Shown: positions 30,398-39,744 of the stretch, piece after piece | Position numbering within the stretch: position 1 is the stretch's first letter | Layout of the letters: the number at the start of each line of letters is the position of its first letter | Assembly: GCA_002256025.1 (NCBI GenBank) | Contig: NKIB01014858.1 | Coordinates: 1 to 40,160 of the forward strand | DNA length: 40,160 nucleotides | Reading direction: 5' to 3' | Source of the DNA: Asterionella formosa | Lineage: Eukaryota | Notes under the pieces: model-generated | Databases searched by the model: none | Told to the model about the DNA's origin: nothing | The model's input: only the letters and a program-made list of their open reading frames with translations | Position numbers and translations under genes: made by a program

Positions 30398-31486
30398 CTA
30401 CTTCCTTGTCCGTGCTTTCTTACCAGCACTTCCATTTTCTTTTTTCAAATTTCCCTTCCTGCTTGTCTTCTTTGAACTTTTAGAATATCCTAGAATTGTC
30501 TCTTCATCGATTTCTTCTTTAAATGAATCAAAGTTGTTTGCAGTTGTCATTTCAACTGTTGCAGTCATTTCGTTATCGCCAACATAAATCCTCTTGTCGA
30601 GGCAACTTTTAACATCGATGCTTTCAACTTTCACAGGTTTTTGAGATTTCAAGTTCTTCTGGATTTCTGGTACAATAGCTGAAGTCCGTCCTGCTGCAGT
30701 CAAAAAAATTATTTTTCGTCCTTGGTGATCCTTAATAATTTCCCCATTTGTGGCAGCTCGTTTGCCCCAACGAACATGAAACAACCAGTCAGGGGGAAGA
30801 TTTTCATCCTTGCCATAGAGATCGATGGCTGTGTTCAGAATTGATTTCAGTTTTTGTAGAACAATTGTTGCCTGCATTTCATTTAAATATGATTGCTCAG
30901 GGTGAATTTTACTTTGATACAATACTTCGTCTGCCACCCAGTTACCAACTCCAGACATTATTCGCTTCTGGTCCAATAACATTGCCTTGATTCCCGTTGA
31001 TTTACCCATGAGTTCATCGGGACTGTCTACTTCCAGCGCATCTGGAGCAATCGATTCAAAACCCTCTTCCAAAGAAGTACGAAGAATTATGGATCCAAAT
31101 TTACGTGGGTCAGAAAAACACGCCTCCGCAGTGCCTGTCGCAAACTTGAGATATGTATAGGGAGGTGGGTAATCAGATGATGCTAAGGACTCAAGACCTG
31201 GGACGTGATCTGGTGTGGAAATGCGTCCTGTCATTCCCATATGCACAAATAAGTACAGCCATTTTTGCTGTTGAATGTTTCTTCGGCATCTAAGTTTAAT
31301 GGCAATCAATTTGCCTTTCCGTAGAACTTCCTCGACGAAGCATGCGCCGCTCAACTCTTCCACTTCTTCAGAGGTAAGGAACTTCTTAGGGGGATTCTCC
31401 TTCATTAACGTTAGCGTTAGGGTGTTTTTCGATATTAACGGCAGCAACAGCTGGCGGAATCGTTCGACCTCGGGAAGTTCTGGCAT
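30398..31486 (-). CDS. FPG: Formamidopyrimidine-DNA glycosylase (Fpg/MutM, eukaryotic zincless-finger type), 362 aa
   Basis: MPELPEVE N-terminus, RKGK, HMGMTG, DPRKFG, H2TH LLDQ..MSGVGNWVADEVLYQSKIHP, and GRTSAIVP without zinc-finger cysteines. Basic C-tail. Confidence 0.95.
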   Translation of the reverse strand: MPELPEVERFRQLLLPLISKNTLTLTLMKENPPKKFLTSEEVEELSGACFVEEVLRKGKLIAIKLRCRRNIQQQKWLYLFVHMGMTGRISTPDHVPGLESLASSDYPPPYTYLKFATGTAEACFSDPRKFGSIILRTSLEEGFESIAPDALEVDSPDELMGKSTGIKAMLLDQKRIMSGVGNWVADEVLYQSKIHPEQSYLNEMQATIVLQKLKSILNTAIDLYGKDENLPPDWLFHVRWGKRAATNGEIIKDHQGRKIIFLTAAGRTSAIVPEIQKNLKSQKPVKVESIDVKSCLDKRIYVGDNEMTATVEMTTANNFDSFKEEIDEETILGYSKSSKKTSRKGNLKKENGSAGKKARTRK

Positions 31487-32161
31487 AGATCAGTCTACTG
31501 TAGCAAATATAATATCACTGTTCGATGGCCATGCTAACGTAGCTAATTTCAAAAGTTTTGATTCAGAGACATCAATGCCTTAATTATCGTGGGTGACAGT
31601 AGTGTGAATGGTGCCGGCTGTGTCGCTAGAAATAAAACATTCGACATCTTCTTTCATCGAGGCCTTTATCACGGAGCGAAAAAGTTAGAGATAACAAAAT
31701 AATAAAATGTATTTTTATTTATACATGTATATCCGTATTTATATTTTTGTATTTACTTAATACAGATTTAAGAAAATACCGTCAAAAACCTGTTAATCAA
31801 TTATTGTTCACCAGAATAAAAGTTGTTGCTTCGTCATCATGCCATTGTCATAACGTCTGTCACAACCAGGTAATACAAGTGAAGGAGTCCATTGTGGACT
31901 CATCTAAGAAGCTAGGGTAACGACTTAAGATTTCCGAATCAGAATGTCACTACTGGTTTCATTTGTAAAAGCAGTCTTGAAAGTATAGATTTTACATTTT
32001 TATTTTTATTTTTGTCACACTCGATGGGTGGCTGACAGCATTTATGTTTTCCCAAATAGCTAGTGATAGCACAGCTTTTCCATCTGTCAGACTGAAACCT
32101 AAATCTGAACAAAATGATAATTTTGGGGTTTTTGGTTCATCATTAGCACCAGCCTAGTATT

Positions 32162-32905
32162 TTAAGAATGACTCTTAACCTCTGATTTTTCTAAAATCAC
32201 AGTCCAACTTTGTAGTACTTCATCAATGTCTGCTCGCATTAGCGTGCCACACCCTCCCCACACCATGCGGGCAGGAATATCACGGAAATCATCTCCAACA
32301 TACTTTATGATCTTGAATCCTGATCTAGCATAATAGTTGACCAACTTTTTGTGTTGCTTCTCATTATCATCAATCGCCAAGAACTCTGCTTGATAGTACC
32401 CATTATTTTTTCCATGTAACAAACAAAGGAAGCCAAGTAACAATCCAGGTCCAAAGATGCTCCCACCACCTGTAAAAACATTTCCATTCTCTAGCTTTGT
32501 CTGTAGTACCATTTTTCGAAACACCTCCATTTTGTCAAGGTGCAGTGGTTGACCAGGTGGGCGCAAGAACCCTTCGCAGTATCCCAAAATTTGACTGGTG
32601 TTATGTTGAGCTCTAGCGACAGCTCGATATCCAGGTCCCAACGTCGACAACGATAGGATCATTCCTTGTTTCTCGGCATAGTCCAAAAGTCGACTTTCTG
32701 TCCAGATTTGGACAAGAGGCGCATTACCATCTGTGGAGGAAGTGGATGACAACCTGAGCGACGTCCACGGCCGGAAAGTACTTAACGCTGATGGCCCATA
32801 ATTGTCAGGGAAGACTATTAATGCAGCTGCAAATGATAACGAAGGCTGTGATGTCAACCAAAAGATGACGGCTCGAAGAAAGGGAAAAGCGACCAGTCTT
32901 TTCAT
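32162..32905 (-). CDS. Conserved plastid-type protein of unknown function, probable GNAT-like fold, 247 aa
   Basis: LHLDKMEV...G.GLLLG...AEFLAIDD.EKQHKKLVNYYARSGF...RMVWGGCGTLM resembles a cyanobacterial/plant conserved family. Signal + SLS|FAA. Confidence 0.7.
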   Translation of the reverse strand: MKRLVAFPFLRAVIFWLTSQPSLSFAAALIVFPDNYGPSALSTFRPWTSLRLSSTSSTDGNAPLVQIWTESRLLDYAEKQGMILSLSTLGPGYRAVARAQHNTSQILGYCEGFLRPPGQPLHLDKMEVFRKMVLQTKLENGNVFTGGGSIFGPGLLLGFLCLLHGKNNGYYQAEFLAIDDNEKQHKKLVNYYARSGFKIIKYVGDDFRDIPARMVWGGCGTLMRADIDEVLQSWTVILEKSEVKSHS

Positions 32906-33538
32906 CTTTCTAATAACTGATGCTGGATGATAAATTCTGTAAGATTTATGTGTTTGTACTGTCAACAAGAGCTGATCTCAATCTACTGTAATGGTCTTTA
33001 CAGAGACCATACGCTTGAAGCAATCACCAAAAAACGAGGACAGGGGGATATGTGCGATAAAATAATCTGGACTATGATGTTGTGTGCCCCACTCACGAAG
33101 GGGAAAATGCATGACTTTTTCTCCTCGTCACCCTCGTTTCATTATATGCATTGTTCCATGCATTGTTCTAATCGAAAATCGAGCTCGTTTGCCTTTTAAA
33201 AGTAACCTTCCTAAATCGATGTTATACTGTAGAGAGGACGAGTCCTGGTGATGCACGGTGGTACGACGCACTTGCTAAAATGTGAAATATGAATTATAGG
33301 AGTATAGGTAAATACCTACCGGTATCTGGCAACTGGTTCCAGGGTACCGGCACTGGAACCCTGGTACTCCTACCTACTTCCCATCATCAGTAGCAAACGG
33401 TACCACCGGGTACACTGGTATATGATCGAATATATGATGTCATACGAGTGCATGAATAATATCATATAAAATGATACACCGGTGCGGTGCGTATGTAAAA
33501 ATGATTTGAAATCATTACAAAAATCAAGCAGGCTGCTC

Positions 33539-34432
33539 ATGACGACGACCAATATATTTATGCTCTTGTTCTCCCTGACCTTGTTCGCACAGACCAGAGC
33601 CTTTGTTCCACTGGGTTTTCCCCACGGACGGTTGCTTGGTCAAACAACTCATCCAAACGCAGTCACCGACATCAATACGTCTTGTGTCATCACTGTCCCA
33701 GAGCGAATTTCATCGGACGAAAGCGGTATCCTGCTTGATTGCGTCATTCTGCCCCAAGGAAAGTACGGTGAGCGCCTAGGATATGGTCGAGATGCTCAAG
33801 GCCTGATTGACCTATCGTCCGCGGTGAAGGCGGATGATCCTAGAATGGCATTCACATACGGGGAATTCCCAACTCATTCCTTTGACACACTTGTGGACAT
33901 GGCCCTGACCCGTTTGCCGCCTGAGAGTGCAAAGGGACCATTACACTTTGTAGACATTGGCTCGGGGTGTGGCCGGCTGGTTTTTCATGCTGGACTAACT
34001 AGAGGAACCGACGAAAAGCCATGGCATATTCATGGCATGGAAATATCTGAGATTTTGCATCGCGAAGCATGGAGAGGAATGGAAATTGGACTGGAAGAAG
34101 AATTGTTTACAAAAGAGTCGATCTCTTGTGCCAACACCATGGTGTTGCACTTGGGTCCTGCGGAAGAAATGAAACATGTTTTCGCCGACTGCAAACTTGC
34201 ATTTGCTTACAGCACAGTGTGGTCGTGTAGCGGCTTTTCTGAGGAACTAGGTGCCATGGTCCTTCACAGCGACTGGTCGGGTTTGCTTTCCAAGGCATGC
34301 CCTAAAGGTTGTGTGGTCGTAACTACCGACCGTGCTCTAGATCCTGAATATGGTTGGGAGCTTCTTGATAGAATCGACGTGGATAACAGGGAAGTTATGG
34401 GAAGCACTGGGTACATTCAGATCCTAAGATAG
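33539..34432 (+). CDS. Class I SAM-dependent methyltransferase (DOT1-like), plastid-targeted, 297 aa
   Basis: FTYGEF, motif I FVDIGSGCGRLV, HGMEI and CPKGCVVVTTD. Signal peptide + TRA|FVP. Confidence 0.82.
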   Translation: MTTTNIFMLLFSLTLFAQTRAFVPLGFPHGRLLGQTTHPNAVTDINTSCVITVPERISSDESGILLDCVILPQGKYGERLGYGRDAQGLIDLSSAVKADDPRMAFTYGEFPTHSFDTLVDMALTRLPPESAKGPLHFVDIGSGCGRLVFHAGLTRGTDEKPWHIHGMEISEILHREAWRGMEIGLEEELFTKESISCANTMVLHLGPAEEMKHVFADCKLAFAYSTVWSCSGFSEELGAMVLHSDWSGLLSKACPKGCVVVTTDRALDPEYGWELLDRIDVDNREVMGSTGYIQILR

Positions 34433-34477
34433 ACATTAAATTCTTCCATTTCTAAACCCAATGTGTTACCATTACAT

Positions 34478-35704
34478 TTACGCTTGGGAATTTTTTGCGG
34501 CGTGCTCCATTTCAATCTCGCCAAGATACTCATCGACCTTTGCGACAAAGTTTATAGCCGACGCAACGTTTCTATTGATCAAGTTAATGTTTGCAGCGTC
34601 CTTCGATCTGGCAAAAGTCGCCAACGAGGATGATTTCCAAAATCGACCACAGAAAAATCGAAAGTAGTCGACAACAGCATACCGAAAGTGACGAGTTGCG
34701 GCTTCCTTGGAATAAGGTATGGCAGCAGGGTTAAATTCTTGTCGGGAGCTATTCAAGACGTGGAGATAGTATGAAATTAAGTCGTCTTCGTCCAGATCTG
34801 TTGGTTTCAACGCGTGGTACACGTGCATGGCAACGTCGGACATACCAATGCCAACGCCCGTGGAAGCAAAATCAATCATGACGGCATCCATAGACGGATC
34901 TATCGGGATGAAGACATTCATTGACTTGTAGTCACCATGTACAAGAGTAGCATATCGGTCAGTTGGTGTAGGCATTGTCTGTCTTGAAATGTAGTCGGCC
35001 AAAATGTAAGTTCGCTTTCCTAGCTGCTGAATGGATTCTTTCGCAAACAAGTCCGGAGCCTGGTCCCTAAAGTTTTCCATAAAATTCTCCCATGATTGCA
35101 CCAATCCTTGATACTCTTTTGGGTTTCTCATCTGAAGTGAATAAGATCCACGAGAAAGTCTAGCATCAGCTTTTGCTAGCAGTTCTTGATCCTCCCATGC
35201 AGCCGCATGAAGCTTAGCACAAGCTTTCAGGCATTGTTTGGCTTGTGTAGGGGTTAAAGGGGAGTCTTGAAAATAGTCATGATGATCCATACAATCCAGA
35301 ATCAATGATCCACCCTTTCCTTCTAGGAATCCATCCCCGGCTGGGCTTGTTTGAGAAACTTCGATGGATCTATCAGATTCCGCAATAAGTCCTTCAAGAT
35401 CATAGGAAGCGCGATAGCAGTTAGGTGCCATACCTTTCAAACCCTTGGCTTCCAGCATTGGAAGGGTCTCATTGTAAAATCTGGCTTCCGTTCTCATGTA
35501 AAGCAAAGTTCTCCTTAGATCAGACCAATTCTTATGAGCATATGCTTGAGCTAACACAGTTTTGATAAAGATGGTTTTGCCATTATCGACCTTCAGGATC
35601 CTCCCTTCAGCACCTGCTTGAGTAATAACTCCGAGCGTTTCATACTTCGTGGTATTAGGCAAGACTTCTTGAAGGACACGCAACAAGTCGTCTTCTTGGC
35701 TCAT
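34478..35704 (-). CDS. Choline/ecdysteroid-kinase-like (APH superfamily) phosphotransferase, 408 aa
   Basis: TEARFY, AKLHAAAW, Brenner motif TLVHGDYKSMNVF and VMIDFASTGVGIGMSDVA. Confidence 0.85.
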   Translation of the reverse strand: MSQEDDLLRVLQEVLPNTTKYETLGVITQAGAEGRILKVDNGKTIFIKTVLAQAYAHKNWSDLRRTLLYMRTEARFYNETLPMLEAKGLKGMAPNCYRASYDLEGLIAESDRSIEVSQTSPAGDGFLEGKGGSLILDCMDHHDYFQDSPLTPTQAKQCLKACAKLHAAAWEDQELLAKADARLSRGSYSLQMRNPKEYQGLVQSWENFMENFRDQAPDLFAKESIQQLGKRTYILADYISRQTMPTPTDRYATLVHGDYKSMNVFIPIDPSMDAVMIDFASTGVGIGMSDVAMHVYHALKPTDLDEDDLISYYLHVLNSSRQEFNPAAIPYSKEAATRHFRYAVVDYFRFFCGRFWKSSSLATFARSKDAANINLINRNVASAINFVAKVDEYLGEIEMEHAAKNSQA

Positions 35705-35954
35705 CACTGATATGAAACCTATACCCGGTGTTACCGGCAGTGTACCGGTAGTCTGGCTGCAAATAATGACGAAGGTGTTAACTCATTTGGTGAAAAGTGA
35801 TGATCGTGGAGTGTTTTGCGAGGCAGTGGCAGGTTGTCAATAAGAAATGAAGAAGGAATCTTTCATGTGCACACGGAAGAAATGTTTTATGTACTTATTC
35901 ATATATGTATAAAATTAATATGGAAATGAAATTGTCTGAATTAGCCACTACCAC

Positions 35955-36144
35955 TGATACCTTTTTTGGAGGGGGTCGAAAAAGGTATCAATTTGGTATC
36001 AATGATACTTACTGCATTGATACCACTAGGGTAGCTGCTGCAGCCTACCTAGTATCAGGTACCAAAATTGATACCAACTGTCATTTTTTGCTCAAAACCC
36101 GGAAATGATATCACATTGTGCGAAAAATGCTGAATGATAAGAAC
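35955..36144. mobile_element. Degenerate non-autonomous end of the same Harbinger family, with an internal foldback
   Basis: GAATGATAAGAAC at 36132-36144 is identical to 104-116. Multiple TGATAC/GTATCA motifs and an imperfect palindrome at 35984-36075. Confidence 0.5.
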
Positions 36145-36324
36145 ATTAGAATCACTTTGTTTAAGTTTTTTGGTAGTCCTCAACTTAATTTATTTGACTA
36201 GTAGTAGGGTTAGCCATCATGAATCTCATTGATGATAATGATTGTTTTACTAAGAAGAACATTAAATGCTAAAAAATATCAAATGATCCAATCCTCCACT
36301 AATTGACTAGATAAGAGCAGCAAA

Positions 36325-36890
36325 GCCTCAAATCCAATGCTCCTCCAGGTATTGGTAATTGTTTGAACTGTGACTCTGGCCCATGCCATTTCTACGCTTC
36401 CGCAACTAGCATAGAATTAGTTAGGTGCAAAAGTATACATACTCTAGAAATTACTATTGAAGCCATCACGAAGATTGGGCATGTCAGTGCACCAAAAATC
36501 GAAATTTGATTTATCCTTGAAACTGTTTAAACCTACATACTGGTAAAACAATATCTCTTTTAAATGTCATTGCTTATTTATGTTTTTGACCATGGAGAAA
36601 ATGGTGGTGAAGTTGGTTTCTTCATAAAATTGGCAATAGAAGACAGCGGTGATGTATTGCATCCCCCTCTAAATAAAATCAATCGTGGCTATGTATACAT
36701 TGAGGGGTACTCCCTCTGTTCATGTATAGTTACACCCAAACTTTGTGGCTTGGCAGATCATGAAGTGGAAGCTCCAACAATTCTAGAATTAGATAAACAT
36801 GACCTCAATTTTTTGGCGCGTTTTTCCTAGAATCGTGCCCCGATCGGAATGTTTGCTCTGGACTCCCCATCTGCAAATAGAAAGCATCTA
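36325..36890 (-). pseudogene. Decayed pogo/Tc1-mariner (DDE_1-like) transposase remnant
   Basis: Minus-strand fragments in the expected order: LFADGES, then QYVGLNSFKD (cf. QPLDVG.NKPFK), then MAWARVTVQTITNTWRSIGF (36389-36330, cf. AW..I....I.NSW...G). Many stops and frameshifts. Confidence 0.45.
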
Positions 36891-37182
36891 ATTCGTGTGA
36901 TGCATCTTATGATGGCGATCATATGATCATAAAAATTCGATTTATCATCTAATATGAGTAATATTTATTCTCAAAGAGAATATTGTGTATATATATATCG
37001 ATACATATATTTTTGTATGTTTACCATTACTGGCTGCAAACATCAACAACCGCTCAATGATCTGAATTTGAATCATTCGTGTTGCATTAGTTGGACAGTC
37101 GTACATGGGTATTTGTACGTCTCTGCTGTAGCAATCTATAGTTTAAAGGCATGATAGACATCCATACATGCATATGCATGGT

Positions 37183-37417
37183 ATGTAAAGTATGTACACG
37201 ATTGATTTGAATTTTAATCATGCCCGTCATAGGGACACCTATATATGTAGCACACATATTTTTGCATGTAAAAGTATGTACCAGTATACGATTGATTTGA
37301 ATTTAAATCATGTCCATCATAGTGACACCTATATACCGGTATATTGCACAGATATTTGCATGTAAACGTACTACGTGTACGATAGATTTGAATTTGAATC
37401 ATGCCCATGATAGGGAT
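37183..37417. repeat. Imperfect tandem repeat, about 2.7 copies, period about 90 nt
   Basis: The anchor AT(T/A)GATTTGAATTT recurs at 37201, 37291 and 37382, each followed by ATCATG.CC.T.ATAG.GA. Confidence 0.9.
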
Positions 37418-37533
37418 AGGGTTAGAATTAGGGAGTGACTTTGGTATATCTATGTAAAGGGGATTGAGAGGGTACGCAATATCACGTACCAATAGTCATA
37501 CAACAATGTGGCATTGCTATCTGTTGGTTATGA

Positions 37534-37736
37534 AGGGGACGCAATAATACTTTCTCGTACAAACAAGGTGACATTGGTACCTATTGTCACCTCGTACTCA
37601 AGCTACAACACGTACTTGTACAGACAAGGTGACGACATTGTATCGTCTATTGGTGATGGATGGGACGCAATAACACGTTGTTCTTGCTTGTACAAAGAAG
37701 GTGACATTGATGGCTATTGTCACCTCATACTTAGCT
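37534..37736. repeat. Imperfect direct duplication containing an AGGTGACA..TGTCACCT hairpin
   Basis: GGGACGCAATAA...AAGGTGACATTG...CTATTGTCACCTC.TACT occurs at about 37536 and 37662. Confidence 0.8.
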
Positions 37737-37738
37737 AG

Positions 37739-37951
37739 GTTAAAAGTAAGATCAAACGAGCTAAAAGTTTTTACCTGTGATCTTATTTATTGGCAATCAT
37801 ATCTAACCAGAAAGTATGATCTGTAATTTTTTAGTAGTAAGATAAAATCCTGTTAAAAGTAAGATCAAAAAAGCAAAAAATTGTTATCTGTGATCTTATT
37901 TATGCATTGGCAATCATTTCTAACCAGGACGAGGAGAGATGATCTGTAATT
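37739..37951. repeat. Imperfect tandem duplication, period about 113 nt
   Basis: GTTAAAAGTAAGATCAAA...CTGTGATCTTATTTAT...TGGCAATCAT.TCTAACCAG...ATGATCTGTAATT begins at 37739 and 37852. Confidence 0.88.
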
Positions 37952-38980
37952 CATAACGATTGATTCAAGCGATTCATCTGCCAGTCAATTTGTACCATAT
38001 GAAAAAGGTCGTATGACTCCCGCTTATTGAGGGGCTTAATTAAATTACTTACTTGTAGGTACAAGAATTGATGCGGAAAAATTCAAAAACAGTACATCAG
38101 GTCATGGAAAACAATGATATCCTCATACATTGTATATATTTGAATAATGAATAAGCTTAATTGATGATTGTATCCACATTATGTGTTTATATTTATACGT
38201 TTTCAAAATTTTATAAATGTATACATAGGCTATAAAAACATTTGAAATCATGTTTAGAGGTTCCTTGTTATGCATACCGGTAACACATGATCCTGAAATG
38301 AAAGATCATCTCTGCACTGTGACAAGGAACACTGAAAGAACGACGCTTCAACACACACAATGATGATAAACCTTGCGGCTTAGAAGGATTGAAAATGGAA
38401 AAGTGAACTGAATCTAGCTATGGTATAAAACAGTAAAAAGTAAAATTACAATCCATTTCAACGTATTTTTAACAAATATTTCAATTAGGGTTACCATCAT
38501 AGAAGGATAGATATATGATAAAAGAATGTACATCATAGGATAATGTTTTGATAATTATATGGTGGTTTGATTATTATGAGTAAAGGGTCGTTCTTATCAT
38601 TTTCGATTTGGTATCATTTTTTTTGAAAAAGTATCATGTAACGGCTACTCGATTTAAACCAAAAAAATCCATTCTCCACAAAAATAAAAATGAAATTGTA
38701 TCACCCAAAAAGTATCACGAAAATTCAACGGTTACGGGCTGGCTACAATCATGTGCATATCCCTCCAGGCTTCCCTCCAGATTATTTCGATAATTTTCCA
38801 TTACTAAAACCATGTTGGAAAACTACGCGTATTATGTAGCAGTATGGAATATATAGCTGACATACCTGCTTAATTCTTGATTTGCCATGAGTCAACACAG
38901 ACATGCAAGATCCTCTATACACTTCTTCTTACACTTCCGCTTGCCATCATCCCCTTTCAAGTTTACAAGCAATCAGCACC

Positions 38981-39668
38981 ATGTCATCATTGTCAGTGCA
39001 CAATGACGAACAAGTGGATCAACATTGGACTGAAAAAGGTGCCGTGAATATCAACGATGGCAATGATGATGATGGTAATGATGTCATCAGTAATCAATTT
39101 TTTGATAATGAAAACAACCATCAATTCTTTGATTACGATGACCATGATCAATTCTTTATCCTTTGTCATCTGGCTCTGGAGGCTGAAACGAAAGTTAAAA
39201 AGAGGAAGGCGAAATGGGAGCATGAGAGAATGTCATGGCATTCTCATGTCAAGAAGCTGTGTCATGAGGACGCATTTGAAAAGACTTAAAGAATGTCCCT
39301 TCGAGCCTTTAAGAAGTTGGTTCACTTACTGGAGAGTGATGTCATTGGAAATTTCTCCAAGTGCGGTACAGCTACTCCCATTTACCCAGAAATTGTGCTG
39401 GCCATTGGCATTCGATGGTTGGCTGGAGGCAGCTACATTGACATTCGTCATGCCTATGGATGTAGCATAGCTTCAATCTATAGATGCCGAGATTTATTTC
39501 TTGAAGCCGTGCTTAACTGTGATTTGGTGAAATTGGCTATAGCCTTTGAACAAAAGAGCACAGAAGGGTTGATCAGAGGGTGTGTTGGTGCTATTGATGG
39601 GTTTGCAAAGACCTCCAAGTAATATTGAAAGAAAAAGCTTGGAATTACATGAATTAAATTTAATGTAG
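38981..39668 (+). pseudogene. Harbinger (HARBI1/DDE_Tnp_4-like) transposase pseudogene
   Basis: FEKT*RMSLRAFKKLV, EIVLAIGIRWLAGGSYIDI...YG and GCVGAIDG. Premature TAA at 39287. The sequence jumps from GAIDG to a C-terminus-like GLQRPPSNIER in another frame. The start is approximate. Confidence 0.85.
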
Positions 39669-39744
39669 ATTATAATTGATTGTTGAAAAAAAATATTCAT
39701 TTCAATGTGTCACCTTGAGACAAGAGATTGAAGACCTGATCACG

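Noticed and set aside
2339..35704. Biosynthetic gene cluster (ATP-grasp + MATE + kinases + methyltransferase)
   Set aside because: The genes are dispersed among housekeeping genes (RPL44, TAF6, POP4, Fpg), have no shared pathway logic and differ in predicted compartment.
328..35707. Numerous short ORFs antisense to or out of frame within the called genes
   Set aside because: These are shadow ORFs of real coding sequence with no independent motifs.
37417..37434. Telomere-like TAGGGTTAG/TTAGGG words
   Set aside because: Isolated words with no tandem array.
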